Positions 48,215 to 57,866 of a stretch of 64,000 bases of DNA are shown in pieces. How positions within the stretch are numbered: position 1 is the first letter of the stretch; the number at the start of each line of letters is the position of its first letter. The notes under the pieces are model-generated. The model searched no databases. It was given only the letters and a program-made list of their open reading frames with translations, and was not told the DNA's origin. Origin of the DNA: Candidatus Zixiibacteriota bacterium (GTDB taxonomy: Bacteria; Zixibacteria; MSB-5A5; GN15; FEB-12); assembly GCA_020346225.1 (NCBI GenBank), contig CP070777.1, forward strand, positions 1,077,005 to 1,141,004, given 5' to 3'. The position numbers and the translations under genes are program-made.

Positions 48215-50560
48215 ATGTCGAGAAGGCTTGTCTTAATCCTTTCGCTGGTCATCGTCCTGGTGTCGTTGAACTGGTTTCAGGAGTTGCTCGCGCAGGACGT
48301 CGCCGGCTTATCCCAGGAAGAAAAGAAAGCGTTGCTGGAAGACTTCGCCGCTCGCCCGGCGGAGGACGCGGGCAAGGCTGTATATCGGTCGCCGGAGATT
48401 TTCAAGGCGGACGAACGGAAGGCGCTTTCCGATTCAAATGCTGCGTCCGTGACGCAACCATCATCGCCGACCGGTTTGGGCCCCGAGTCCGGCGGCGACG
48501 GAATGCCCGCATTCGACGACCTCAGGCCGTTCGGTATGGAACTTTTTCGCGGAGAGGTTGAGAATGAACTCCCCATTGATATCCCCTCGGCCGAGGATTA
48601 CGTTCTCGGACCCGGTGACAATCTGGTCATTTACCTCTGGGGTCGGGTGGAGAAACAGTATGTGCTCACCATTGACCGGGAGGGGAAAGTATTCGTGCCC
48701 CAGGTGGGGGAGATGGTGGCGTGGGGTCTGACGCTGGCCGACTTTGTCGAGGCGGCGCGCCGTCAGTTCTCGAAAGCCTATTCCGATTTTGACCTGACCG
48801 TTTCCCTCGGGAAAGTCAGGTCCATCCGCATATTCATCGCCGGGGAGGTCCGCCGGCCGGGCGCTTACACGGTGTCGTCACTGACGTCGCTGTTCAACGC
48901 CCTCTATCTGGCCGGTGGTCCCAACGAGCGCGGCAGCATGCGTCGAATCAAGCTGATGAGAAACGGCCAGCCGAAAACCGTTGTCGACGTGTACAATCTG
49001 CTTCTCAAGGGAGACAACTCGGCCGATGTCAGGCTGCAGTCCGGCGACGTGATTTTTGTTCCGGTGTCCGGTGCGCGCGTAGCGGTACGCGGGGAGATCA
49101 AGAGAGCGGCCCTTTACGAGCTGCAGGGTGACGAGCGTGTCCTTGATTTGATCGCCCTGGCCGGCAGTACCACCGCCGAGGCGCATCTGGAACGGGTTAT
49201 GCTGGAACGCGTGTCCCCGAAGGACGAGTGGCAGGTGCTCGACCTCGACCTCAGCGACCGGCAGGCCGAGGCCCCGGATAATATCGCTCTTCTCGATGGT
49301 GACCGTGTGACGGTGTATTCCATCTTTCAGGCCAAGAAAAATATTGTGGCCGTCTTCGGACAGGTCAAACATACCGGCTACTATGAACGGAACGATTCCA
49401 CGCACGTGTCGAACGTGTTGCGGCGCGCCCAGCTCAAGCCATACGACGTCTTCTTTGAGCGGGCCGATCTTTTCCGGCGCTACCCTGACCGCCGGGCCGA
49501 AGTCATACCGATCGATCTCGGCGCCGTCCTGAGCGGCGACAGCCGGGCCGATGTGCTCCTGCAGGACCGCGATTCGCTGCATGTTTACTCTATCGCGGAT
49601 GTACAGTGGGAGAAGCACGTGTATATCGAAGGCGAGGTAAACAATCCCGGGCGGTATCCGCTGTACGACGACATGGCGGTGGAGGATCTGGTCTTTCTGG
49701 CCGGTTCCTACAAGCGCGGAGCTTACCGCCAGCGGGTCGAAATCGCCCGGCTCGATTCTGTCGGCGGGGTTTCGGTTTTCTATGTCGACCTGGAACGCGT
49801 CAACCCGCGTCAGGTGCGTCTTGAGGAGGACGACCACGTCTACGTGCGACAGATTCCGCAATGGCAGGACGAGTGGAGCGTGGCGGTTGAGGGGGAGGTT
49901 CGCTACCCGGGCAAATACGCCCTTTCCGGGAAGGGCGAGACACTGTATCAGATTCTCCAGCGGGTGGGCGGCTTCACCGATAAAGCCTTTCCCAGGGGCA
50001 CTGTCGTTGAGAGAAAATCGATTTGCGAAAGCCTTAAGCGGCAGAGGATACGGGATATAATAGACAACACCCTGACGATTACCGAGGACTCGCTCGGCCG
50101 TCCCGTGAAAGACGGGATGGTGAAATTCGACAACCGGTCAATGGATCGCCTGATCATCGACATGGATCGCATTCTGGCCACTTCCGGTCGCGAAGCCGAC
50201 GTCGTCCTCGAACCGGGCGACCGCATCCACGTGCCGGCCATTCCATCCGGAATATCGGTCATCGGTGCCGTCGGCTCAAACGGCACCATCAGGTATATTC
50301 GGAACAAGTCGGTCAGGTACTACGTCGAGCGAGCCGGGAATTTTACGCGTCAGGCCGACAAAAAGCACGCGCGTCTCGTTCGGGCGACCGGAGAGGTAGT
50401 CTCGGGGCGGGGAACTCTGGGTGAAACAGTTGATCTCGGGGACGTCATCATCGTCCCCTCACGTATAGAGAAAGACAAGAACTGGCTTAAAGCCATGACG
50501 ACCGCGCTCGGCGCGGCCACAGGAGTGTTAACATCGGTCTATATAATAAGCAAGCTGTAG
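48215..50560 (+). CDS. polysaccharide export protein (Wza-like Poly_export domain plus multiple SLBB domains)
   Basis: The ATG at 48215 has GGAAGG upstream and opens a signal/TM segment MSRRLVLILSLVIVLVSL. YVLGPGDNLVIYLWGRV...GKVFVPQVGEMVAWGLT. Repeated SLBB-like GDVIFVP / GDRVTVY / GDRIHVP modules. C-terminal TM helix. Confidence 0.8.
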   Translation: MSRRLVLILSLVIVLVSLNWFQELLAQDVAGLSQEEKKALLEDFAARPAEDAGKAVYRSPEIFKADERKALSDSNAASVTQPSSPTGLGPESGGDGMPAFDDLRPFGMELFRGEVENELPIDIPSAEDYVLGPGDNLVIYLWGRVEKQYVLTIDREGKVFVPQVGEMVAWGLTLADFVEAARRQFSKAYSDFDLTVSLGKVRSIRIFIAGEVRRPGAYTVSSLTSLFNALYLAGGPNERGSMRRIKLMRNGQPKTVVDVYNLLLKGDNSADVRLQSGDVIFVPVSGARVAVRGEIKRAALYELQGDERVLDLIALAGSTTAEAHLERVMLERVSPKDEWQVLDLDLSDRQAEAPDNIALLDGDRVTVYSIFQAKKNIVAVFGQVKHTGYYERNDSTHVSNVLRRAQLKPYDVFFERADLFRRYPDRRAEVIPIDLGAVLSGDSRADVLLQDRDSLHVYSIADVQWEKHVYIEGEVNNPGRYPLYDDMAVEDLVFLAGSYKRGAYRQRVEIARLDSVGGVSVFYVDLERVNPRQVRLEEDDHVYVRQIPQWQDEWSVAVEGEVRYPGKYALSGKGETLYQILQRVGGFTDKAFPRGTVVERKSICESLKRQRIRDIIDNTLTITEDSLGRPVKDGMVKFDNRSMDRLIIDMDRILATSGREADVVLEPGDRIHVPAIPSGISVIGAVGSNGTIRYIRNKSVRYYVERAGNFTRQADKKHARLVRATGEVVSGRGTLGETVDLGDVIIVPSRIEKDKNWLKAMTTALGAATGVLTSVYIISKL

Positions 50561-50610
50561 CTTGCGTATTAGCACCGACGCTGCATTATCTTTTCTTACC
50601 TTCCTAACGG

Positions 50611-50644
50611 GAGCCGGAGGATTTGCCTCCTCCGGCTCTTTTTT
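50611..50644 (+). terminator. intrinsic terminator after the export gene
   Basis: GAGCCGGAGG, an 8-nt loop, CCTCCGGCTC (perfect 10-bp stem), then T6 (50639-50644). Confidence 0.85.
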
Positions 50645-50829
50645 ATGGGGAATCTTTTTCGGGTAAATCGGAAAATGCTGCCTGCCGGGGTGCCATCGGC
50701 GCTGCCGGTTGGGCCCGCCTTTTCTGCTCGCCAGGCATTTTTTCTTGTTCGCATTCAAAGACTTGGCGTCGGCGCCCGCAAAAAGAAGGCGTTCGGGCAC
50801 TGCGCTTGCGGACCATTCTACGGGATAAA

Positions 50830-51933
50830 GTGAATGTTTTAGCCATTAGTGCGGATTCACCCCGCTTCGTGCGCGGAAATCGAAAGATTCAGAGGATGCA
50901 TTGCTCTCAACTCAGCCCGAATGTGACCAACGAAATCGTGGCCCGAGCTATGGCCATGAGGGCCTACGTCCGGCCGGAGAATACCGTCATCTATTCCGAC
51001 CTGACCGATCTGATGACGGAGCTTCTGACCGCCGCCGGGAAACCCGACGCGAACCTGGTGACCTGCGGGCACTACACCCCCGACATCGCTGTCGCCGCCG
51101 GGCGCGCCGACCTCACACCGGTCGAGATTCTGGGGAAGTCACCCTTCCGCGGCGACTTGGCACCGGTCTTCGGTCAGTTAAACGGCGGTTTTCAGATGGT
51201 CTATCTGGCCAATCCCAACCGCGTAACCGGGGCGTGCTACTCCCTGTCGGATATCGAGTCGCTCGCTCGAAAGGCGGCCGCGGGTGTGGTTATAGTGGAC
51301 GAGTATTATTTCAACTATCTGGGCGTATCGGCGTTCCCCCTGCTCGAAAATCATGATAATCTCGTGATTCTCAGGCCGCTGACGGCGCCGCCGGTCGAAC
51401 CCGGCCTCACCGGCGGATTCGCCCTTGGCGGCGCAGGCCTGATAGCCAAACTTCGCCGGTCGGGCGTTTCAACGAATGCTCTGGCTGATCTCGACCCGAT
51501 TCTTGCCGTGGACGCTGATGAGGAAGAAGATCTTTATCGTCGAACAGTTCAAGTCTGCGGGGAAGCGCGCCGTCTGACCACGGCCCTGCGCTGTCTGGGC
51601 GTGGCGTGTCGCCATACACCCACCGATTTCGTCTTGATGCAGGTAGTCAGTCCCAAAGATGCAGGCAACTTTCTGGCCGGCCGGCAGGTTACGGTGGAAA
51701 ATCTCGATGGATATCTCCTGATGGGAAAGAACATACGCTATTTTGTCCGGTCGCACGAAGAGAACGAACGTCTTGTCGATGCCTTCCGGGAAATGCCGGA
51801 ACACTACTTCAGGCCGCAGACAACGGATTTCAGGGCTTGCTCGCAGGGCCCATCGACCGGACGGGGCGCGCCGGAAAATCACTCCGCAGGCGGGGTGCCG
51901 GCGCCTGAGGGCTTGATAACGGAGGACTCTTAG
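50830..51933 (+). CDS. HisC-like class I/II aminotransferase-fold protein, PLP-lysine apparently missing
   Basis: LANPNRVTG, VIVDEYYFNY, then ILRPLTAPPVEPGLTGGFALG where HisC has ILRTLSKAFALAGLRCGF. The start is uncertain (GTG 50830 or ATG 50896). The tracked start at 50623 lies inside the upstream terminator. Confidence 0.55.
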   Translation: MNVLAISADSPRFVRGNRKIQRMHCSQLSPNVTNEIVARAMAMRAYVRPENTVIYSDLTDLMTELLTAAGKPDANLVTCGHYTPDIAVAAGRADLTPVEILGKSPFRGDLAPVFGQLNGGFQMVYLANPNRVTGACYSLSDIESLARKAAAGVVIVDEYYFNYLGVSAFPLLENHDNLVILRPLTAPPVEPGLTGGFALGGAGLIAKLRRSGVSTNALADLDPILAVDADEEEDLYRRTVQVCGEARRLTTALRCLGVACRHTPTDFVLMQVVSPKDAGNFLAGRQVTVENLDGYLLMGKNIRYFVRSHEENERLVDAFREMPEHYFRPQTTDFRACSQGPSTGRGAPENHSAGGVPAPEGLITEDS

Positions 51934-51970
51934 ACGTCGAAGGCGTCCGTCTCTGTTTTTTGGCATTGCC

Positions 51971-53389
51971 ATGGACAAAGGCCATTGGAAATCATTTTAC
52001 GGCCGGAAGCCGGCCCTGATGCTGTCCGGGCAATTAGGGGCGCATCTTGTTTCTCTCATTAGCCTGTCAACCCTGGTGGCAACAGGGCAGCACCATCTGA
52101 TTCTCGCCGAGATGGCGGCAATGGTGGTGCTGGCGAGAATCTTATACTGTCTCGGCCGCGATTCGAACTTGATATTCACGTGCCACGGCATACGCAGAAG
52201 TTTGCGGAGCGTTCTGGTCGACGAGGCGGTGATTACCTTGGCCCTGGCCGCAGCCTGTTTTCTCCTGAAGTGGCCGGTCGCCCCGGTGAACATCGCAATG
52301 TTTTTCGCCGTAAATGCGCTCGGCCAATCGGCGCTTACTCTGATGGCGAAAAAAACGCTCGGTATGCTGCGTCGGCGGATGGATCGGGCCGAGCCTGCGA
52401 CATACGGTAAGCAGGTGCTGATTGTCGGCACCGGGGAAAGGGCCAAACGATTGACCGACCTGATACTTGAGTCGCCGCAACTGGACACGGCGGTGGTCGG
52501 CTTTCTGGACTACCACCGTAAGGGCCTGTGGCGGTACCGTGACACCCCCCTGATAGGTCACCCGGACGAAGCGGCCCGGCTGATTACGAATTGTCAGATC
52601 GATGCGCTCCTTATTGCGGTTGAGGCTGATGATCTGACGCGTAGCAGAAACTTGTTTTCCGTCGCCGAGACAATGGGGGTTCCGGTGGGCTTTGCACCGG
52701 ACGTATACGAAGCGTCCATCTCGCGGGTGCGAAGTGAGCAGCTTGAGGCACTGCCCTTGCTGATTTACTGCTGCTCGCCGGAAAGCCAATGCCGCTTGGT
52801 CGTCAAGACGCTGGTCGATAAGCTCGGCGCCCTGTGCGGGTTGATTCTGGGTCTGCCGTTCATTCTCCTTGCCGCCGTTGCCATCAAGCTCGACAGCCCG
52901 GGACCGGTCCTTTTCAGGCAGGTTCGCACTGGACGCAACGGTCGCTCCTTTCATCTTTACAAGTTCAGAACGATGTGTCAAAATGCCGAGTGCCTGAGGG
53001 ACAGTCTGACCGATAAAAACGAGATGTCCGGGCCGGTTTTCAAAATAAGGAGAGATCCGCGGGTTACCAGGGTGGGGCGGATTCTTCGCAAGACCTCGTT
53101 TGACGAAGTTCCCCAGTTGCTCAATGTGCTCAAGGGGGATATGTCGCTGGTCGGGCCGCGTCCCCCGCTGCCGTCGGAGGTAGCCCAGTACGAACCGTGG
53201 CAGCACCGGCGTCTGTCCGTCAGACCCGGAGTGACATGCACCTGGCAGGCTATGGGACGAAACGACCTGGATTTCGAAAGCTGGATGAAGCTGGACCTGG
53301 CTTACATAGACAACTGGTCTCTGCTTGAGGATACCCGCATTCTGGCCAGGACCATTCCGGCCGTGCTCAAGGGGTCGGGCGCGTCCTGA
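51971..53389 (+). CDS. polyprenyl-phosphate glycosyl-1-phosphate transferase (WbaP/EpsB-type priming sugar transferase)
   Basis: N-terminal TM helices, a central CoA-binding-like domain (VLIVGTGERAKRL), and C-terminal Bac_transf motifs (GPVLFRQVRTGRNGRSFHLYKFRTM; DEVPQLLNVLKGDMSLVGPRP). Confidence 0.9.
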   Translation: MDKGHWKSFYGRKPALMLSGQLGAHLVSLISLSTLVATGQHHLILAEMAAMVVLARILYCLGRDSNLIFTCHGIRRSLRSVLVDEAVITLALAAACFLLKWPVAPVNIAMFFAVNALGQSALTLMAKKTLGMLRRRMDRAEPATYGKQVLIVGTGERAKRLTDLILESPQLDTAVVGFLDYHRKGLWRYRDTPLIGHPDEAARLITNCQIDALLIAVEADDLTRSRNLFSVAETMGVPVGFAPDVYEASISRVRSEQLEALPLLIYCCSPESQCRLVVKTLVDKLGALCGLILGLPFILLAAVAIKLDSPGPVLFRQVRTGRNGRSFHLYKFRTMCQNAECLRDSLTDKNEMSGPVFKIRRDPRVTRVGRILRKTSFDEVPQLLNVLKGDMSLVGPRPPLPSEVAQYEPWQHRRLSVRPGVTCTWQAMGRNDLDFESWMKLDLAYIDNWSLLEDTRILARTIPAVLKGSGAS

Positions 53390-53422
53390 AGCAAGCGGAG
53401 GCCCGTTGATTGGGAGACCGAA

Positions 53423-54886
53423 ATGCGCCGATCAATAGTGAAAAAGATCATACTTATTCTGATATTCCTGATTCTGTCTCATCAGCCCTGCATCGGGTCG
53501 CTGCTGCCGGTCGGGAAGATTGAGTACGAATTCGTGTACGACCGGCTGGAGCGCCAGGAGGCTCTTGAGCCCGACCTGTTCGATTTCCAGCTCGGACCTT
53601 ATCGTGACAACGACGGGAGCTTTCGTTTCGGACCGTTTGAGTATCTGCGCCGGCCGGCGCCGGGCAAGCTCACCGTATTTTCTTTCGTGGGGGAAGACTT
53701 TTACTCCGCCAAAGCGCAGTCGGCGCAGGGATATGAATCACTGCGCGGAGGTTTTTCGGCCGTGCCGATGGAGAAACTGTTCGTTTATGGAAATTTCCTT
53801 CTCGACGAGAGTCGGGCCGAGGATGAAACCTATACCGGCAAGAAATGGCGCGGCCTGGCCGGCGGCGTGGAACAGGCCTTTGCCTGTTTTCGGGCCGGGC
53901 CGATGGAAATAACACTGGGGCGCTTCGCCTCGTTCTGGGGGCCACGCAACTCGCTGGTGCTCGCGTCGCATGTGGCTCTCGACGGTCTGGCCTACAAATA
54001 CCGCTGGGGACGGCTGGTGCTGTCGTACCGGCTGGCCAGACTGGACGGTCTGAGCCCGGAGCAAGACAGCGTCGAGCAGTTCGAGAATCGCTTTTTGGCC
54101 GCACATCGCCTCGATATTCATTTCAGCACGCGGTTTCGGCTGGGATTGTTTGAAACGATTGTCTTCGGCGGCCCCGGCCGCCAGGTTGACTTGGTCTACC
54201 TGAACCCGATTGTCTTTTTCCACGCCGACCAGCTCAATGACGGCGTGGACGATAACACCCTCCTGGGATTCGATTTTACCTTTGTTCCCCGCGGCGGACT
54301 AAAGCTGTTCGGACAGCTGCTGGTTGACGATTTTCAGATCGAGAAAGAGTCGCAGAGCGACCAGGAACCCGATCAATACGGATTGATAGCGGGCGCTCAG
54401 TGGGCGGAAGTCATGCCGCAGACGGACCTTGCGCTCGAATACAGCCGGGTGACGAACTGGACTTTCAATCAGGCTCACCCGCGAAACCGGTTTCTTTTCA
54501 ACGGCGACCTGATAGGCGGCGCTCTGGGCAATGATTATGACCTGTGGCAGGTTACGGTCAAACGCTGGCTGTCGGGCGATATGGCCCTGTCGCTCAACCT
54601 TTCGGGTCTGCGCCGGGGGGAGGGCCGCGTGATCGACCCCTGGACGGCCCCGTGGCTCGAGATTGAGGGCGAATACAGCGAACCCTTTCCCACCGGGGTG
54701 GTCGAAAAATCGCGCTCACTCTCGCTCGGCTTCGCCGGCTTCCTGTTTGACCATTTCTTCCTCGATGTAGAGGGCGGCGCGCGATGGGTCGATAGCTACC
54801 GTCATGTCGACGGCGATAAGCGCACACTCCCCTTTGTCCGCCTGAAGGTTTCGACCTTCCTTTTCTCGTCGATCAGCGTCGAGTAA
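53423..54886 (+). CDS. secreted beta-rich protein, capsule-assembly Wzi-like
   Basis: Signal peptide. YEFVYDRLERQEAL..., LGRFASFWGPRNSLVLASHV and its length (487 aa) resemble Wzi-family proteins. The call comes from pattern memory only. Confidence 0.45.
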   Translation: MRRSIVKKIILILIFLILSHQPCIGSLLPVGKIEYEFVYDRLERQEALEPDLFDFQLGPYRDNDGSFRFGPFEYLRRPAPGKLTVFSFVGEDFYSAKAQSAQGYESLRGGFSAVPMEKLFVYGNFLLDESRAEDETYTGKKWRGLAGGVEQAFACFRAGPMEITLGRFASFWGPRNSLVLASHVALDGLAYKYRWGRLVLSYRLARLDGLSPEQDSVEQFENRFLAAHRLDIHFSTRFRLGLFETIVFGGPGRQVDLVYLNPIVFFHADQLNDGVDDNTLLGFDFTFVPRGGLKLFGQLLVDDFQIEKESQSDQEPDQYGLIAGAQWAEVMPQTDLALEYSRVTNWTFNQAHPRNRFLFNGDLIGGALGNDYDLWQVTVKRWLSGDMALSLNLSGLRRGEGRVIDPWTAPWLEIEGEYSEPFPTGVVEKSRSLSLGFAGFLFDHFFLDVEGGARWVDSYRHVDGDKRTLPFVRLKVSTFLFSSISVE

Positions 54887-55112
54887 TACCCCTGGCGAAC
54901 ATGTCATTCTGATTCAAATCGCCCCCCTGCGGCGGAACCTCTCCCGGCCCCGGCTGGTTCATGTTGAAAATAACCGTAGATTAGAAAGGACTGATTTCCG
55001 TTTCGCGGGAGATCGTCGGGCTTGCCAGCCGCGATTTTTTCGGTATATTCCTCGAGTTCTGAAAGCAGTATTACCGGAGCCAATTACATTTAGTATTCGC
55101 GGAGAGCAGAAT

Positions 55113-55532
55113 ATGTTGACAGCCAAGATGCGCTGGAGCGGGGGCTTGAAGTTTGAAGGAACCTCGGCGTTCGGACATCCGATCGCTACTGACGGTTCCA
55201 GCAGCGACGGCGGCGAAGAAGCCGGTTACAAGCCGACCGAACTGCTGCTTTTCGGAATTGCCGGATGTGCCGGAATAGATATCGTGCGTGTCCTGCAAAA
55301 GCAAAGACAGGAGCTGACCTCGCTGGAGATAGAGTTGGTGGCACATCAGAACGAGGATTACCCCGGGCCGTTTCATACTATTGAGGTCAAGTTCATAGCC
55401 CGGGGCGAAAATCTCGTCCCGAAGAAGCTGGCCCAGGCTATTGAGCTCTCGGAGAGCAAGTACTGTGTTGTCAGCCAGACGATTGCCGGCAAGACGAAAG
55501 TTACCACCAGCTATGAAATCAGGCCCGAATAA
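55113..55532 (+). CDS. OsmC family peroxiredoxin-like protein
   Basis: KPTELLLFGIAGCAGIDIV and SKYCVVSQT, the two conserved Cys. 139 aa. Confidence 0.85.
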   Translation: MLTAKMRWSGGLKFEGTSAFGHPIATDGSSSDGGEEAGYKPTELLLFGIAGCAGIDIVRVLQKQRQELTSLEIELVAHQNEDYPGPFHTIEVKFIARGENLVPKKLAQAIELSESKYCVVSQTIAGKTKVTTSYEIRPE

Positions 55533-55595
55533 CCTGCATCATCGCGGGCGAACGGCTATCTTATTAATACAGACTTTAGCGAAAACGAGGTAATC

Positions 55596-55982
55596 ATGGA
55601 AGATCCGGCCTACCGGCTCGAGTCCGACAAACCGTTCGATAGTGTAGTTGAGAGCATCGAAAAAGAAACGGCCGGTCATAATTTCAGGGTTCTGCACGTG
55701 CACGACGTGCAGGCAACTCTGGCTGAAAAAGGTTTCGAAAGAGGGCCGCTGAAGATAATCGAGGTCTGCAACGCCGGCTTCGCCCACAGGGCGCTTGACA
55801 AAGAGAATAACGTCGCCCTGTTTATGCCGTGCAAGTTCGTGGTCGGTACTGAGGGCATACGGACAGTGGTGACGCTGGCTCGCCCGGTGATGATAGCGGA
55901 GATGCTGCCGGACGCCGGACTGGACGAGCTGGCTGCGGAAGTCGAGAGTACTCTGAGGAAAGTAATGGAGGCTTCGGTTTAG
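55596..55982 (+). CDS. DUF302 domain protein
   Basis: The 128-aa length and the pattern FRVLHVHDVQATLAEKGF...KIIEVCN...ALFMPCKFVV are typical of DUF302. Confidence 0.7.
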   Translation: MEDPAYRLESDKPFDSVVESIEKETAGHNFRVLHVHDVQATLAEKGFERGPLKIIEVCNAGFAHRALDKENNVALFMPCKFVVGTEGIRTVVTLARPVMIAEMLPDAGLDELAAEVESTLRKVMEASV

Positions 55983-56211
55983 GCATCGGGCCTGCCGGTC
56001 GATAACACTGCTATGAGCCGACTCCTGAGTAAAAGAACGGTTTTGTTCGGCCTGGGCGGCGGCATCGCCGGTTACGTCCTGTATTTTGCCGCCCTGGTTC
56101 TGGGCGGTACCTGACCGATGATGGTGAACCCTTACCCCTGGACGATTCTGGGGGTCGTGGCCGGGGCGGCCATGTCGTTTACCGATATGAAGATTATTTA
56201 GGATTGGGACA

Positions 56212-56415
56212 ATGCCCCTGTTTGAATACAAGTGCAGCAAGTGCGGCAAACAGTTTGAGGAGTTGGTTGCCAGCGACCGGGTCGAGGTTACCTGCACGGG
56301 CTGCGGCTCGCCGGAGGTGACCCGGCTTCTGTCGGTTTTCGCTTCGACCGGCTCGTCCAAGTCCTCACCGCCGACACCGTGCGGGAAATCATCCTGCAAC
56401 GCCGGTTTTACCTGA
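56212..56415 (+). CDS. FmdB-family zinc-ribbon protein
   Basis: MPLFEYKCSKCGKQFEEL...VTCTGCGSPEVTRLLS (the CxxC...CxxC_SSSS pattern). Confidence 0.8.
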   Translation: MPLFEYKCSKCGKQFEELVASDRVEVTCTGCGSPEVTRLLSVFASTGSSKSSPPTPCGKSSCNAGFT

Positions 56416-56417
56416 GC

Positions 56418-56459
56418 CTCCTGAATTGCCCCGCCGTCGGCGGAGCGACCATTCAGGAG
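56418..56459. repeat. compound inverted repeat between convergent genes (possible bidirectional terminator, no T-tract)
   Basis: CTCCTGAAT (56418-56426) pairs with ATTCAGGAG (56451-56459). These enclose the hairpin CCGCC-GTC-GGCGG (56431-56443). Confidence 0.45.
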
Positions 56460-56481
56460 ACAGCGAAAATCACTCGGCCGG

Positions 56482-57252
56482 TTACTCCGGCCTTTTTCCT
56501 ATCCCGCAGATCCGGTAAGTTCCCCGGCGCGGCTTTTCGAAACTGAAACAGCGATAGAAGCCCATGATTCGAAAGCCGGAGTCTCTCAGAGCTTTCATGA
56601 TTATCCGGTTGTCATAGGCCCGCTCCACATGGACTTCGTCGAAACGCTCCCAGAGTTTCCCCTTCTTCCGGAAGAAGGTGGCGTGGCATGTCGCCGATTT
56701 CGTTTTGGGGAAGTACTCGTTCTTCCAGACGGTGTACAGATCATCGGCGGCTTTCGTAAAAATCTGTCCGCCCCAGAGAATTTTCATGGCCGCCGGCGTG
56801 TTCATGTCAAATATGAACCAGCCCGCGCGGTTGAGGTGATGGTACACCGACTTGAAAGCCGTTTTCAACTCCCGTTCGTTTTTCAGGTAGTTGAGTGAGT
56901 CGAAAAAGCAGGTAACGAGATCGAAGCGTCGCGTCTTTCTGGCGCTGGCGAATTCATACAGCCGAAACCGCGGCAGCGGTCTCTGATACAAAGTCACCCG
57001 TTGGCCCTTCAGCTTCCTGGCGGCCACGGCCAGCATCGAGGCGCTCCCGTCCAGCCCGGACATGGCGATTCCCTTTTCGACGAAACACTTGATGGCCGAA
57101 CCGGTACCGCAGCAAACGTCCAGTCCCGTCTCGGGACGGATTTTGAAGCGACGGAAAATCTTCAGGCAGTATTCGGTCATCTTGATTGAAAACTCGTCGG
57201 CGCCCATCCGGTCATAGACATCGGCAAACCTGTCGTAAGGTGTCGTGTTCAC
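56482..57252 (-). CDS. class I SAM-dependent methyltransferase
   Basis: Motif I GLDVCCGTGSA. 256 aa. Confidence 0.75.
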   Translation of the reverse strand: MNTTPYDRFADVYDRMGADEFSIKMTEYCLKIFRRFKIRPETGLDVCCGTGSAIKCFVEKGIAMSGLDGSASMLAVAARKLKGQRVTLYQRPLPRFRLYEFASARKTRRFDLVTCFFDSLNYLKNERELKTAFKSVYHHLNRAGWFIFDMNTPAAMKILWGGQIFTKAADDLYTVWKNEYFPKTKSATCHATFFRKKGKLWERFDEVHVERAYDNRIIMKALRDSGFRIMGFYRCFSFEKPRRGTYRICGIGKRPE

Positions 57253-57423
57253 AATCGTTTCTCCGCCCGTTCTTGCGTATCCTGTTTAAAGTTGACTTTA
57301 GTGATGCCGGCCCGTTTTCATAATTAATCGGAAAGGGCTGTTCGAATAAAGCAAAAAAAGCAAGGTAGTATTGTTGGCTCCCACGAAAAGTTTCCGCGGG
57401 AGTTTTAGCAGAAAGGAGCATCC

Positions 57424-57852
57424 GTGCACAACGTAGTCTGGATATGGTTAGCCGGAGTGATCATCTTCCTGATCCTGGAGTTGATGACGCCAACTTTGAT
57501 TTTCGCCTGCTTCGTGGCGGGTTCGCTGGTGGCCGGCATAGTCAGCCTGTTTTACCCCGAAGCCTACTACTGGCAGGTGGGCGTTTTTGTCGGTATCTCC
57601 GTGATCCTCCTGCCACTAACGAGAACTCTGGCCAAGAAGATCACCAGGGAGTCGCCGCAGAAGTCGAATGTCGACGCCCTCATCGGCAAGGTCGGTCTGG
57701 TCACCAGACCCATCGACCCCGACCTCGGCGGCCAGGTGCGCATCGAAGGTGAAACGTGGGTGGCCACCGCTGATGAAGCCATCGGCGCGGATGAAAAAGT
57801 GACCGTTACGGCTGTTTCGGGAACCAAGGTACACGTGGAAAAGAAAGTGTAA
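57424..57852 (+). CDS. NfeD family membrane protein
   Basis: GTG start, N-terminal TM helices, and a C-terminal OB-like segment [27 protein letters not shown]. It lies directly upstream of an SPFH gene, the classic pairing. Confidence 0.7.
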   Translation: MHNVVWIWLAGVIIFLILELMTPTLIFACFVAGSLVAGIVSLFYPEAYYWQVGVFVGISVILLPLTRTLAKKITRESPQKSNVDALIGKVGLVTRPIDPDLGGQVRIEGETWVATADEAIGADEKVTVTAVSGTKVHVEKKV

Positions 57853-57866
57853 GAAAGGATAGTGCT

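Noticed and set aside
50623-50829. N-terminal extension of the aminotransferase-like ORF. Comparable extensions are at 3268-3450 (nadC), 58898-58999 (Ntn hydrolase), 48131-48214 (exporter) and 12879-12953 (recF).
   Set aside because: The extensions run through a terminator hairpin or overlap neighbouring genes. They add non-homologous Arg/Pro-rich sequence. Internal starts reproduce canonical N-termini.
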